Shown: one piece after another, positions 17,378 through 28,090 of the stretch | How the letters are laid out: each line of letters begins with the position of its first letter | Position numbering within the stretch: the first letter of the stretch is position 1 | Origin: Candidatus Hydrogenedentota bacterium | Lineage (GTDB): Bacteria > Hydrogenedentota > Hydrogenedentia > Hydrogenedentales > SLHB01 | Direction of reading: 5' to 3' | Assembly: GCA_045863295.1 (NCBI GenBank) | Contig: BTWA01000012.1 | Coordinates: 1 to 64,000 of the forward strand | Length of the DNA stretch: 64,000 bases | Position numbers and translations under genes: made by a program | Notes under the pieces: model-generated | Databases searched by the model: none | The model's input: the letters and a program-made list of their open reading frames with translations, nothing else | Told to the model about the DNA's origin: nothing

Positions 17378-19138
17378 GTGGCCTGCAGTAACTACGTAGG
17401 GCGGGCTCTAACCCGCATTCTGATTGGAGCGTTGGTTGCGTTCCACTGTGGGGTCAGTTACGCGTCGGATACGGGCTCGGTTTTTATCGAATTGAACAAT
17501 ACGTTGGGTATGGATCTGCCAGGATACGTGGAAATTTACGCGCCTAAAACGAGAAAACCATCCTACCGGTTCGAATTGCCCAAGGGTAGTGCTCTTCAGG
17601 AGTGTGCCCCCGGTGAATACGAAGTCTTTGTCTATGCAGTCGATTACGATTTGGAAATTCTTGTCGACATTCAAAAGATTGTGGTGGAGAAGAAGAAGTC
17701 GGCAACGGTGCTTGTTGAAATTGTAGAAGGCATCGGCAATTCGGGGATCCGCGCCTGGGATCAGGATTTCGACGGTACCCTTGACCGAGTAGAACGAGCG
17801 TATGGCACGGATCCATTTAACCCGACTAGTTTTCCGAAGGCCGAGCCTTTGCCATTCGATTCGCCCGTGCTCTCTCCCGAGTCCAGATGGTACAAAGGGG
17901 ATTTGCACGTGCGATCCTCTTATGGCGGCGGCAGCCAGACTCCGTCGGAGATCATACGCCGAGCCGAAGCCGAAGGATTGGACTTTATTGCGATCGCTGA
18001 TCGCAATACGTTTGAGGCTTGCATGGATGCCGGCTATCAGTCAAACAAAGTGGTCCTTATCCCGGCCATGGAATGGGGGACGGACGAAAAGGGGATTGCA
18101 CTGATTCTTGGGCCGCAGACTATGCCCCAGTCCGCGGACACAATTTGGGAAGCACAAACCATCTGCCAGCGAGTACAGGCCCAGGGCGGCGTGTTCGCCG
18201 TGGCTCATCCCTGTTTTTCGAATGCACCATGGCAGTGGGGCTTGAGTTACGTCAATGCCATCGAAGTGTGGACTCGAGGATGGCGGGAGATACCCCCCAT
18301 GGCCCTCAACGAACTAATGCCTGTTTATCAGCAGAAGCACCAGCGCAAATTGGTTCATAGCATTGCCTTGGCGGCGGATTCCGTGAACAACTCGGCAAAC
18401 GGTCAAGCGGTCCTTTTCTGGGATCATGAGCTGGTTCGAGGCCTGAAGGCGTGTGCCATTGCAGGCAGCTTATCTTCCAATTCTACCATTCCACTAGGGC
18501 GACCCGTAACCCATGTATTTGCGCGCGAAAAATCGGTACGGGGTATCCTGGAAGGCATTCGTCTGGGCCGCACCTACGTTGCCAGCGGACCCGACGCGCC
18601 GGTTGTCCAATTCACAGCGGACGCGATGAAAAATGGCAAAGTAGACGTGGGTCTTGGCGGAGTCGTGCCCTTGGGAATGGATGTCGAATTTCAAGTTAAA
18701 GTGGGTCAGGGCAAGGGCAAAAAGCTTGAACTACTACGTAACGGCTATCCGATCTTATCCCAAAAGATTGAACACGATAATTCCGTGTTTTCATTGACCG
18801 ACCACACCACCGGCTATTCCGCGTATCGGGCACGCGTAATTGACACGCCAGCGACCAAGGGGTTTGGTCCCATGGAAGTGCTGGTAATGACAAGTCCCAT
18901 TTACGCGCAGAATATCGTTCCGATAGACTTGCGCAGAGAAAACCCGGCGGATACGTGGATCCGGTTGGAAAATAGCACTCTGCCCCCCGTCAAGGTTACG
19001 CAGAAAGTGGATGATAACGACCGCGTACTGGTGCAAACGGAGGGCGGCCCCCCGGATGTAAATTCGTTTAATACGGGCGAGGAATTCACCCCTCCTCCGG
19101 GTGAAGAGGTGCGGACCCTGAAACCAAAGACGTTTTGA
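17378..19138 (+). CDS. Secreted PHP-domain (CehA/McbA-like) protein with degenerate metal ligands
   Basis: Signal peptide; DQDFDGTLD..GTDP Ca-binding-like motif; WYKGDLHVRS, GLDFIAIADRN, AHP, IEVW, GIRLGRTYV. Confidence 0.75.
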   Translation: MACSNYVGRALTRILIGALVAFHCGVSYASDTGSVFIELNNTLGMDLPGYVEIYAPKTRKPSYRFELPKGSALQECAPGEYEVFVYAVDYDLEILVDIQKIVVEKKKSATVLVEIVEGIGNSGIRAWDQDFDGTLDRVERAYGTDPFNPTSFPKAEPLPFDSPVLSPESRWYKGDLHVRSSYGGGSQTPSEIIRRAEAEGLDFIAIADRNTFEACMDAGYQSNKVVLIPAMEWGTDEKGIALILGPQTMPQSADTIWEAQTICQRVQAQGGVFAVAHPCFSNAPWQWGLSYVNAIEVWTRGWREIPPMALNELMPVYQQKHQRKLVHSIALAADSVNNSANGQAVLFWDHELVRGLKACAIAGSLSSNSTIPLGRPVTHVFAREKSVRGILEGIRLGRTYVASGPDAPVVQFTADAMKNGKVDVGLGGVVPLGMDVEFQVKVGQGKGKKLELLRNGYPILSQKIEHDNSVFSLTDHTTGYSAYRARVIDTPATKGFGPMEVLVMTSPIYAQNIVPIDLRRENPADTWIRLENSTLPPVKVTQKVDDNDRVLVQTEGGPPDVNSFNTGEEFTPPPGEEVRTLKPKTF

Positions 19139-19148
19139 ATGTCCCTGC

Positions 19149-20123
19149 TCAGGAGTCCGTTCCCGCGTCCATTCGGCGGCGCATATCGGCGATCACTTGG
19201 TTGAGAATCTCGTCCAATTTCGTTTTAGGCTCATATCCAATGGCTGCTTTGATGCGATTTAAGCACGGTGCCCTGTGCAACATGTCCTCGTAGCCTGCGC
19301 CAAAAGCCTCGTTGTACGGAACCAGTTTAATTTCTGACTTGCTTCCGGTCTTGGCAATGATTCGTTCCGCCAATGCATGAATGGTAATACGCTCGGTATT
19401 GCCCAGATTGAACACCTGGCCAACAATGTCGCGGCGGTTCATTAGTTCTATGAGGGCGGGAACAACATCACCGACGTAACCGAAACAGCGCGTTTGCTTT
19501 CCGTCTCCATATACGGTGAGCGGTTCGTTTCGTAACGCCTGCTTCACGAATCGCGGTATGACCATTCCGTAGCGGCCTGTCTGGCGCGGCCCAACTGTAT
19601 TGAACAGACGGACAATTACGCACGGCATGCGCTTGGTGCGCCAGAAGGAAAACGCCAGAAACTCGTCCAGCGCTTTTGATTCGGCGTAACTCCATCGCGT
19701 TAGATGGGTAGAGCCCATAACCCGGTCGTCGTCTTCTTCAAACACTTCTTTCGTACTTTTTCCGTAGACTTCGCTGGTGGAAGTGATTAACACACGCCTG
19801 CGGTAACGGCAAGCCTGCTCCAAAACAGTCTCCGTGCCCCGTACGTTGTTGTTTATGGTCTCTATGGGATCGTCCACCACCAGTTGTACGCCCACGGTTG
19901 CTGCCAGGTGGTAAACCACGTCCACTTCACGGACCAGATCACGTACGATTTCCTGATTCAATGCGGTGTCGATGACACAAGTCAGACCTTCCAAATGTTC
20001 GATATTCTCGAATTGACCTGAACTCAAGTCGTCCAACACAAATACTTGATCTCCGCGACGGATTAGCGCCTCACACAGATGCGACCCGATAAACCCCGCG
20101 CCACCCGTAACCAGTGCTTTCAT
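19149..20123 (-). CDS. NAD-dependent nucleotide-sugar epimerase/dehydratase
   Basis: VTGGAGFIGSH, STSEVYG, YAESK, RLFNTVGPRQ, YGDGKQTRCF. Confidence 0.93.
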   Translation of the reverse strand: MKALVTGGAGFIGSHLCEALIRRGDQVFVLDDLSSGQFENIEHLEGLTCVIDTALNQEIVRDLVREVDVVYHLAATVGVQLVVDDPIETINNNVRGTETVLEQACRYRRRVLITSTSEVYGKSTKEVFEEDDDRVMGSTHLTRWSYAESKALDEFLAFSFWRTKRMPCVIVRLFNTVGPRQTGRYGMVIPRFVKQALRNEPLTVYGDGKQTRCFGYVGDVVPALIELMNRRDIVGQVFNLGNTERITIHALAERIIAKTGSKSEIKLVPYNEAFGAGYEDMLHRAPCLNRIKAAIGYEPKTKLDEILNQVIADMRRRMDAGTDS

Positions 20124-20205
20124 GACATTCTCCCGCTAGATTCTCAAAGGAAAGAAGTATACGCAGAGAATGGCCAGACAGACAAAACGCCCCGCAGGGT
20201 GTTAG

Positions 20206-22143
20206 TTACTTCACCATCGTGCTGGTGTTTAATCTTACGCGATAGACTGATGTGGGCGTGGCGAATAACCAGGTTCCCGGGGCCGATTCAGTCATAAACC
20301 GGGCATCCTGGCAGACGGCAAGCGGTAACAGCCGATTGGTCTTGGTTTCCCATCGCCGCAGGACCCCCTCCAGCAGTACGTAGGTTTCTCCGTCGGAACC
20401 GAGCCGGGATTGTTGTGCGTTAGCCAATGGAGAAGCACCTTGAAACCGGACTTCCAAAGTCCGGGAATCGACAAGTGCAATTTCACTGCCCTGCGAGACA
20501 ACTAGTAAGCCGTTTCCTGTCACCGCATTAACGTTAATCAAATCGGATCCGGGCCAAAGATCAATGGTATGTTTCACGCGTCGTGCTTCCGGATCGAAGG
20601 AATATAGCAAGGCGCTGGGCTGAGACGGCGGATGGCTTCTCATTTGCCCCCATCGATCCGTGCCACCCCATAGCAAGCCCGAAGCGCGGTCGTACACCAG
20701 AGTGGGAAGATTCTGATCTCGAATCAGGTGATGGTACACATCTATCTTTCCCGTCTCCGGATCAATGGCGACAAGAGCCCCTCCCAACTTGTTGTATGCA
20801 CTGTCCGAAGTAATGTACACAATTTTCCCGTCCGTTGCCGCGGCGCGCGGGCGTGTTTGTTCGAATTCAGGTCCGATGCAAATCAGTTCCTTTGGATTGA
20901 CTCCATACTCAAACATTTGATTGGGATCGAATCGGGAAACAATCGAATCGACGTAAATGCCAATATAGGCCATTCCTCCCAATCCAATGGCACACATGGG
21001 CTCGCCAGAAGTCCGTGCAATCACCGTATCCGACGCGGAAACCTTGCCGGTTTCGGGATGGATTGCAAACAGGTTTTGCTGGCTATAGTTTGCCCCCACA
21101 ACACAATCCGGGGAAATGGTTTCCAAAAACATAATCGAGTTGCCGCCTCCCACACGATTATTCAGGTGAGACGTGCTGAATTGGCGGGTTTTCGCGTCGA
21201 ACAAAAACATTCCACCAAAGTAGCTTACTCCGGCAACTTTACCATCTACCGGTTTGAGCCACCATGATGTTTCGGCAGGATAGCCGGTGTTGCCCACAAG
21301 GATGGGTTCGGATTCCGGTGTGATTTCCCAAACACGTCCGCTGGGATTGCTAACGGCAATTGTTGTTCCCACCAAGTCGACCGACGCAATGTACGTCTGG
21401 TCTCCAACGGGTAAAGGAAGAGTCTTGGCTGTTTGTTCGGAAGTCGTTGGAGGTCCGGAAGGGGAGAACTCGCGCGTTGCCGGATCAAATGCAAGCCAGA
21501 TCTCGGCGGGTCCCCATGCCTTGAAATGGATGCGTCCGCGTTCTTCACGGAGGTTTGTTATGTACGTGGTCTCCGGCCGAAGTTTGGTCCATGTAGTAGA
21601 CGTGCCTTTTTCTGGGTCGAATTCTCCGAAGACAGCATTCGGGTAAGTGCCAAAGTAAACGCGTCCATTCGAGGCCCCATAGGCATCCCACGTGTATTCG
21701 TTTTCCGGCAGGGTAATGGCAATCTCTTCAAACCGCTTCTCATGCGTGATGAAGTGATACGCCTTTCCACGAGCATACGGCATGAAATATACGTCGCCAT
21801 CGGGGGTCATGGCGGCGCAATGGGATCCATTGCCATTTTCGGGCATACCGAAACGTTCAAACGTCATATCTCGGCAATCTACAATGAACATCCAGTTGGC
21901 CTCGGCCGAATAACTGAAGGAGAACAAGCCCAGGGAGTAGCCATCGGGGAAATGGAGGGGTCTGCGGGTGTAACCGAGCAACGTGCGGACTTCAGGGGTG
22001 GCCAGCAACTCCGCAACGGGAAGGGATGCATCGATCGGCACGACTTCCGGAGAGCACCTTGGTTGCGTATCTACAGAGTTGCGCTCGTCAGCGTGTCCAG
22101 CAATTGAAACGAGACAAGTTAGCAGGGAAAGCATGTATGTCAT
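20206..22143 (-). CDS. Secreted beta-propeller-like hypothetical protein
   Basis: Signal peptide; repeated blades such as GRVYFGTYP..FDP, GGALVAIDPETG, LLWGGT, LLYSFDP. Confidence 0.65.
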   Translation of the reverse strand: MTYMLSLLTCLVSIAGHADERNSVDTQPRCSPEVVPIDASLPVAELLATPEVRTLLGYTRRPLHFPDGYSLGLFSFSYSAEANWMFIVDCRDMTFERFGMPENGNGSHCAAMTPDGDVYFMPYARGKAYHFITHEKRFEEIAITLPENEYTWDAYGASNGRVYFGTYPNAVFGEFDPEKGTSTTWTKLRPETTYITNLREERGRIHFKAWGPAEIWLAFDPATREFSPSGPPTTSEQTAKTLPLPVGDQTYIASVDLVGTTIAVSNPSGRVWEITPESEPILVGNTGYPAETSWWLKPVDGKVAGVSYFGGMFLFDAKTRQFSTSHLNNRVGGGNSIMFLETISPDCVVGANYSQQNLFAIHPETGKVSASDTVIARTSGEPMCAIGLGGMAYIGIYVDSIVSRFDPNQMFEYGVNPKELICIGPEFEQTRPRAAATDGKIVYITSDSAYNKLGGALVAIDPETGKIDVYHHLIRDQNLPTLVYDRASGLLWGGTDRWGQMRSHPPSQPSALLYSFDPEARRVKHTIDLWPGSDLINVNAVTGNGLLVVSQGSEIALVDSRTLEVRFQGASPLANAQQSRLGSDGETYVLLEGVLRRWETKTNRLLPLAVCQDARFMTESAPGTWLFATPTSVYRVRLNTSTMVK

Positions 22144-22188
22144 GCATCACACTCACAATAATAGGGCGCCCAAGTGTGTGGTGGACCA

Positions 22189-23097
22189 TTACCGCCGGAT
22201 CAACTCCGCGGTCAATGGCTTTGCCCCTCCAACGCCTCCGTAGCCGGCTCCGTGCCCAAGAGGCGGATTGCCAATCCAGCGGGGATCAATGGGCTCATCC
22301 GCGCGTTGATACCGGGTGTCGCAGGAAAGGCGCACGCGACCCAAAGGAGAATTGTTGTCGAGAGAACCATGCAACATAAACATGGTCACTACCAGAATGT
22401 CGCCTGCGTGAAAATCCGTGCTTAACAATCTGCAGTCGCGCTCCTCCGCAAGCGCGACCGGGTCCATCGTGACGTGGCCGGGCCGGCTTTTGTCAGTATC
22501 CACGTTGAATCCCCGGTATTGCTCGACGAGGTCAGCGAACCGGTGCGATCCTTCGACCAAAAGCATTGGACCATCGGTCAGCGGAACTTCGCCCAATGGC
22601 GTCCATACCGTATAAAGTCTATCCGTACCGCCATTCATGTACACATGGTCAAAGTGAAATGCTGAAGCCCGCCCCGGAAGCATTGCCCGGAGCCACAAAA
22701 AATCGAATGCGCGAACGTCAGTGCCGAGGATGGTCTCCATCGTCTTGATCATCGGTCCCGCGTGGGTAACACGCCTCAAAGCGGGTCCTTCGCACACGGA
22801 TCGCCAGAATACTCCCGGATCCGGTTCCAATTCTTCCCTGCGACTTACGCCAGTGGGTATTCCGTCGATTGGCGGATCCTTAATCTCGCCAACAGAAGCC
22901 AGTCGGCCAAACACTTCGTTGCGCGCCGCCCAAACGTCTTTCTGATCAAGTATGCCGCGCAGCAACAAATAACCATCGTCGTCAAGCGCCTGTCTCATGG
23001 CAGATCCGTCGCTTGCCAGAGCAGAATGTTCTTTTAGTAACCCAAATCTGTGTGAAGGAAGTAGATGTCCAAGAGAGGTGAAGGAAGTTGACGGCAT
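22189..23097 (-). CDS. Phytanoyl-CoA dioxygenase (PhyH) family Fe/2OG enzyme
   Basis: DGYLLLRG, HFD, TVWTPLG, LVEGSH, GD..LHGS, RLSCDTRY; start inferred from the AAGGAG RBS. Confidence 0.88.
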   Translation of the reverse strand: MPSTSFTSLGHLLPSHRFGLLKEHSALASDGSAMRQALDDDGYLLLRGILDQKDVWAARNEVFGRLASVGEIKDPPIDGIPTGVSRREELEPDPGVFWRSVCEGPALRRVTHAGPMIKTMETILGTDVRAFDFLWLRAMLPGRASAFHFDHVYMNGGTDRLYTVWTPLGEVPLTDGPMLLVEGSHRFADLVEQYRGFNVDTDKSRPGHVTMDPVALAEERDCRLLSTDFHAGDILVVTMFMLHGSLDNNSPLGRVRLSCDTRYQRADEPIDPRWIGNPPLGHGAGYGGVGGAKPLTAELIRR

Positions 23098-23200
23098 GGT
23101 ATTTGTTGGCTCCTTGCGATTCATCAATTCTATAACATGACCAATATAGACTGACACCAACTCGCAAGGCAATGAGGATCGCAGACGGCTTGCCAAGCTG

Positions 23201-25540
23201 TCAATCGGCGGAAAACTCAATTATGCAGGTGTAACGTGGCGGGAGTGAATAATCCAATTCACGTGAATCTTCGTTCCATGTGGTTATTTGGTCTCGGCCG
23301 GTATGGTCAGTTCTGAGAACTGTCCACCCGTTGCCAATGCCCCATTCCGACGTCGGAATCTTGAACTGAACTTCATGGTCCTTATCATCAACATTGGCAA
23401 TAGTCAGCGCCAAATCGCCGTCAGCCGCTTTCCATGCCGCGGCATACACAAGCGGATATGATTTACGGTATTCCTTCAATGCGTCTTGTTGGCCCGCGTA
23501 GATAGATAGGCGAGACATATCGATTGTGTCGATCGGCGCATCAAAAGGTGGTGTTCGTATCATAGTGCCGTATGCAAGATATTTTAAGGCCTGCACACGG
23601 AGTCTCGCCAAGTCAACTATAAACTGCATGTCATCTGCCCTTGATTCGAGGTGTTCAGGGCGGAAATTGGCCACTGTGGGCTGCTGACCCCAGACAAACG
23701 CTCGAGCGTGTTCCATCCGAAACTGCCTCGCATATTTTGTATCCAGAAGCGCAAGTGGATTTTTGGGTGCGAACTCCACCGGCCAAAGCTCGTCGTACGG
23801 TGGCATTGTCAATGAAGAGTAATTTCCGTAGAACAACGCGTAACCATGGTAAACCGCGTGAAAGAAGGGGATCGGCTCCCAATCGCCGGGATTTGCATAG
23901 CGTTCCATACTGACCTGCAGACTCAGCATCAAATCGAGATATGGCAGCCACGCCTCACCGCAACCCTCACCTGCCAACGCAATAGTGCCTCGAGAAGTGC
24001 ACCGATCTCGTATATCGCTCGACAACGTACGAAACCCGTCCATCCAGAACCGGCCTCCGCCAAGCGGATGGCCGTGATTCGGATCGAAACACGCCAGACT
24101 GGAGCAGGCTTGATCCATATAAATAGCATCGATGCCAAGGTCGTCGTAAGCGGTGCGTGCAATCTCGGAATACGTGTCCCGCCAAAACGCAGTTCCTATG
24201 CACATGGAGGCGTTCGGTGATTTTGTAAACGAGTTGTAGATTTCTGGTCGTATATTCTGCTGCTGATCCTTTACCGCGAAGCGTTCGGCGCCGTTAGCCG
24301 CCCAGCTCTTGGTAGTCATTCCCCACAAACGCTGGTTCATGTACACCATCGCATGCACGCCTTGGCTGTGTGCATCGGCAAGTGCGCTACGAAACGTGTC
24401 GGAGCCCTCACGCGGAGGCAAATACTCAGGAAAGCCGACATCATAGGGACACCCATGCCACCAATGCCAAAACACGTTTACCGGCAATTTCGTGTGCGTC
24501 TGAAGTGCTTTCGTCGGCGGCAACACATTCTCCGAGCGACCGCGATTCCAGACCCAAATTCCCGTATCCTGTACCCACTGCGGCACGAGCCCACTTTTGA
24601 GCCGGCTGTTCCGGGCCCAATCCTGTTCGATTGCCCAGTCCCTGTACCGGGTGGCGGCGTCGAACCAATCGCCCTCAATGGTTCCTACTATTACGCGGTA
24701 TGGCAACGAAAAGATACCGGATTCCGGCTGATATGTCTCCACATAGTGGGAGAACTGAATTCCGACTCCACCTCGTCCGTCTCCATAAACGTCCAAGTGC
24801 TTACGAAAACCCGCGGAATCGTCCAACGCAGTGTACAACCCTGGCCCATCTTTCGACGCAATCAAGGCGCATTGCATCGAGAGGATTCCCGGATACTCCC
24901 AACCCATACGTCGTTGCTCGGCGTTGGGTACGTTTACAAGTTGACGAAAATTGGTTGACCGCTGTCCCATCCAAATGGGTACCGACAAAGATTCACCAAG
25001 TCTTTCAGTGACATTGGCTAGTCTGGGGTACGCAATGATGGCCGGCTGCGCACTATCAAGCCCTTTGATATCCAGATTCCAATAGGAATTGAAGTCGCCC
25101 GGACTTACCGAAACGGTTGCCGTCACGATCAGAGTGGGGCATGGCACGATCTGAAACCCTGACCAGGACAGTTCAATTGAGTCCTTGTTCTCACCAAGTC
25201 TCCATGTGAAGTTGGTTGCTTGATTCGCGTCGATCGACCCCAAGTTCGAATCGCGGAAGTGAATGACCCAAAGTGCGTTGGAGTTGTCGACTAGCTCGAT
25301 TGTGGGAGATACAGCGCCTATTGCCGCAAACGACTGCAGATTTCCCGTTAATTGGTCAAATTTCAGTTTAAGTACGTCATTTGACAGGCTCGAACCTGAT
25401 TCTGCTTGAGCGGAGAGAATGCAAACGGGTATTAATGCGCAGCAAAAGAGGAAGCGTGAATGCCGGCCACGCGCATGGCGCAAATTGTCACGAGAATCTT
25501 TTGTCAATTGCCGCGAGACGGCGATAGAATGTACGTTCAT
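23201..25540 (-). CDS. Secreted glycoside-hydrolase-like protein (DUF6259-like)
   Basis: GDWFDAATRYRDW, HWWH..FPEYLP, LGIDAIYMDQ, GEGCGE, IPFFHAVYH pattern. Confidence 0.65.
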   Translation of the reverse strand: MNVHSIAVSRQLTKDSRDNLRHARGRHSRFLFCCALIPVCILSAQAESGSSLSNDVLKLKFDQLTGNLQSFAAIGAVSPTIELVDNSNALWVIHFRDSNLGSIDANQATNFTWRLGENKDSIELSWSGFQIVPCPTLIVTATVSVSPGDFNSYWNLDIKGLDSAQPAIIAYPRLANVTERLGESLSVPIWMGQRSTNFRQLVNVPNAEQRRMGWEYPGILSMQCALIASKDGPGLYTALDDSAGFRKHLDVYGDGRGGVGIQFSHYVETYQPESGIFSLPYRVIVGTIEGDWFDAATRYRDWAIEQDWARNSRLKSGLVPQWVQDTGIWVWNRGRSENVLPPTKALQTHTKLPVNVFWHWWHGCPYDVGFPEYLPPREGSDTFRSALADAHSQGVHAMVYMNQRLWGMTTKSWAANGAERFAVKDQQQNIRPEIYNSFTKSPNASMCIGTAFWRDTYSEIARTAYDDLGIDAIYMDQACSSLACFDPNHGHPLGGGRFWMDGFRTLSSDIRDRCTSRGTIALAGEGCGEAWLPYLDLMLSLQVSMERYANPGDWEPIPFFHAVYHGYALFYGNYSSLTMPPYDELWPVEFAPKNPLALLDTKYARQFRMEHARAFVWGQQPTVANFRPEHLESRADDMQFIVDLARLRVQALKYLAYGTMIRTPPFDAPIDTIDMSRLSIYAGQQDALKEYRKSYPLVYAAAWKAADGDLALTIANVDDKDHEVQFKIPTSEWGIGNGWTVLRTDHTGRDQITTWNEDSRELDYSLPPRYTCIIEFSAD

Positions 25541-25546
25541 TTCAGG

Positions 25547-26359
25547 CTAAATGAACTGCTTCATGTACTTCAAGCTCTTCTCTGCAATGGCTTCTGGGCC
25601 TCGATCAAAGATAAATACTTCGACCGACACATACGCCTGGTAAGAAACCTCTCGCAAAGACTGAAAAATGGGTCCAAAATCCACATCGCCAAAGCCAGGG
25701 CCTTCCAGGTTTGCATCGTTTGCGTGATAATGTGCAAGGTGTCTTGCAAATTTCTTGATCAACACCGGGCGGTCTTCCTTGTCGTCTGTCATCGCCTTGG
25801 TATCGAGCAGCAAACGGAAGTTTGGGTGGTTGATGCGTTCGATCAAACCGACTGTTTCCTCGGCAGTCTGGCAAAAATTGGTCTCGTTTCGGGAAAGCGG
25901 CTCCATGCAAATGGTCACGCCGCGCGCCTCGCAGGTGGGCAGGGCCTTTTCGAACGCTTCCACGGTGTAGTCGAATGCTTGATCATAGGTAAGGCTATCA
26001 TGGATATTCCGTTGCTTCGGTGATCCAAAAATCATTACCTTGCCGCCGACATCCCCGCAGAAATGAGCGAGATCAATCAGGTACTGTGCCGTCTTTTCTC
26101 GAACGGATTTGTCTGGAGAATTTATGTGCAGACCATCGGGCCCCACTAGCACCCAATGGATTCCCAATACATCAAGCTCCGCCTGATTTGCTCTCTTGAC
26201 GATGTTTTCCCGGGCGGCCGCCGGAATATCGGTCACATACTTTGACAGAGTGAAAGGGGCGATTTCGATCCCATCGTAACCGACCGATTTTACGTAGTCG
26301 ATCGTTTTTCCAATGTCATTCCACTCCTTGAAAATCTCATTGCAAATCCCGAACTTCAT
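25547..26359 (-). CDS. Sugar phosphate isomerase/epimerase (D-psicose/D-tagatose 3-epimerase-like TIM barrel)
   Basis: GYDGIEIAP, MEPL, LLDT, HYHAND, PGFGDVDF, SVEVF. Confidence 0.9.
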   Translation of the reverse strand: MKFGICNEIFKEWNDIGKTIDYVKSVGYDGIEIAPFTLSKYVTDIPAAARENIVKRANQAELDVLGIHWVLVGPDGLHINSPDKSVREKTAQYLIDLAHFCGDVGGKVMIFGSPKQRNIHDSLTYDQAFDYTVEAFEKALPTCEARGVTICMEPLSRNETNFCQTAEETVGLIERINHPNFRLLLDTKAMTDDKEDRPVLIKKFARHLAHYHANDANLEGPGFGDVDFGPIFQSLREVSYQAYVSVEVFIFDRGPEAIAEKSLKYMKQFI

Positions 26360-26404
26360 GGACAGTATCCTTACGAGCCTGCCGCGACATGCACAATTCC
26401 GCAG

Positions 26405-27739
26405 CTACGAGGTCACGTTATCTTCTTGTACATAAACTGCTACTCGATTACCACCTGCACGCTTTGCCCGATACATCATGGCATCGGCGCTGCGAATAAA
26501 CGATTCCATCGTACTACCCGGACTATAGGACATCAACCCGATGCTCAATGAGAGGTGATCGAATTGGTGGGCCAGGAAGGCGTTTCGTATGCGCTCGGCT
26601 ATGATTAGAGCTTGTTGTTCGTCGGCCTCGGGCAGCAGCACGGTGAACTCGTCGCCCCCGTAGCGAAAGCCTATATCGACATGACGCCGCGTGCTCTCAT
26701 TTACCACCAGTCCCGCGGCCTTAAGAACTTGATCGCCCTCCAGGTGGCCACGTGTATCGTTGTACTGCTTGAATTTGTCCACGTCGAACAAGAGCATTGT
26801 CAGGGGATGGCGCTGGCGTTTGGCCCGCTCTATTTCCGAATGGAGACGCTCATAGAAATAGCGCTGATTGTACAGGCCCGTCAGGCTGTCCCTTATGGAC
26901 ATGTCTTTCAATTCACGTTCCAACCGCTTCTGTTCGGTTACGTCCTTGCAGATGGCCAATACGGAAGATACTATCTTTTCCGACTTATGTACATATGAAA
27001 GCGAGATAATTGCGGGTATCAACGTCCCGTCTTTTCGCTTCAATTCAGTCTCGTAGTTCTTGATTTTCGGCTCCAAATCAAGCTTATGGCGAATGGTTTT
27101 GAGTTCCGAGGCACCTTCCCTGTAGATCTCGCTGATTGCTTTTCCAATCAATTCGCCGCGACGATATCCCAGCATTTCATACGCACCATCGTTTACAAAT
27201 TCGATCACATTGTCCGGATTCGTTGATATAATCGCGTCCACCGTGCTGTCAAGCAGGCTTTGAAGATACTCTTTGGTTGCGCGCAATTCGGCATTGATAC
27301 GCGCCAGGTCATTTGCGGCTTCGGAGACTCGAGCCTCGAGCGTTTCCTGGTACTGCCGGTTTTCCAACAGATTGGCGCGCTTTTCCAGTACGCGTTCCAC
27401 GGAATGAATAAGGTCGCGCATGTTGAACGGCTTGAGTATGTAATCATCGGCCCCGACACGAATCGCGTCAACGGCATGGCTTACCTCGACGAGCCCGGTG
27501 ATCACGATTATGGACATGTCAGGGTCAATTGCCTTGGCTTCCTGCACAACGTCGATACCGTCCATTTCGGGCATCCACAAATCCGTGATAAGAAGGCCTG
27601 CTCCATTAAGACGAAGATGCTCCAGCGCTTTGGACGGAGATATAAAAGCAACGCTGGGGTAACCGTGATCCGACAGGTGGGCCTCGAGAACAGTCAGAAT
27701 GTTCTCGTCATCGTCGAGCAAGACAATGGGCCGGTCCAA
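26405..27739 (-). CDS. REC-PAS-GGDEF diguanylate cyclase
   Basis: Receiver (DDD..TDLWMPEMDG..KPF), PAS, DSLTGLYN, RHVD I-site, RYGGDEF. Confidence 0.95.
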   Translation of the reverse strand: MDRPIVLLDDDENILTVLEAHLSDHGYPSVAFISPSKALEHLRLNGAGLLITDLWMPEMDGIDVVQEAKAIDPDMSIIVITGLVEVSHAVDAIRVGADDYILKPFNMRDLIHSVERVLEKRANLLENRQYQETLEARVSEAANDLARINAELRATKEYLQSLLDSTVDAIISTNPDNVIEFVNDGAYEMLGYRRGELIGKAISEIYREGASELKTIRHKLDLEPKIKNYETELKRKDGTLIPAIISLSYVHKSEKIVSSVLAICKDVTEQKRLERELKDMSIRDSLTGLYNQRYFYERLHSEIERAKRQRHPLTMLLFDVDKFKQYNDTRGHLEGDQVLKAAGLVVNESTRRHVDIGFRYGGDEFTVLLPEADEQQALIIAERIRNAFLAHQFDHLSLSIGLMSYSPGSTMESFIRSADAMMYRAKRAGGNRVAVYVQEDNVTS

Positions 27740-27823
27740 CGTTTTGTGACCTCGCTGCCTGCGTTAGGACGCGAAGCGCCCTTGCTACACGGACAATTGG
27801 GAATTCGAGATTAGGGGTGGAGG

Positions 27824-28090
27824 TTACAGGTATTTCACAACTATGATCATTACGCCAAAAGACCCGATACCCAGCCACATCTGCCAGGGCTTGGCCATCT
27901 TGTCTTCTTCAAAAATCTTTCGTTCAAAGAGGCCACCGATACCCTCCTGATTTGCAAGGTCCTTGTCTCCGCCTTCCTCCTGAGCGATGGCGGGACTAGA
28001 AATCAGAAATGCCGCTGAACATACAAGAAGGCATAGCAGCAATACGGATAACAGCCTTCTGAGCGCGGATGCTTGCAAGGGGGTCAACAT
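27824..28090 (-). CDS. Small exported / membrane-anchored protein
   Basis: 88 aa; signal peptide ending AIA-Q, C-terminal TM helix; GGAG RBS. Confidence 0.65.
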   Translation of the reverse strand: MLTPLQASALRRLLSVLLLCLLVCSAAFLISSPAIAQEEGGDKDLANQEGIGGLFERKIFEEDKMAKPWQMWLGIGSFGVMIIVVKYL

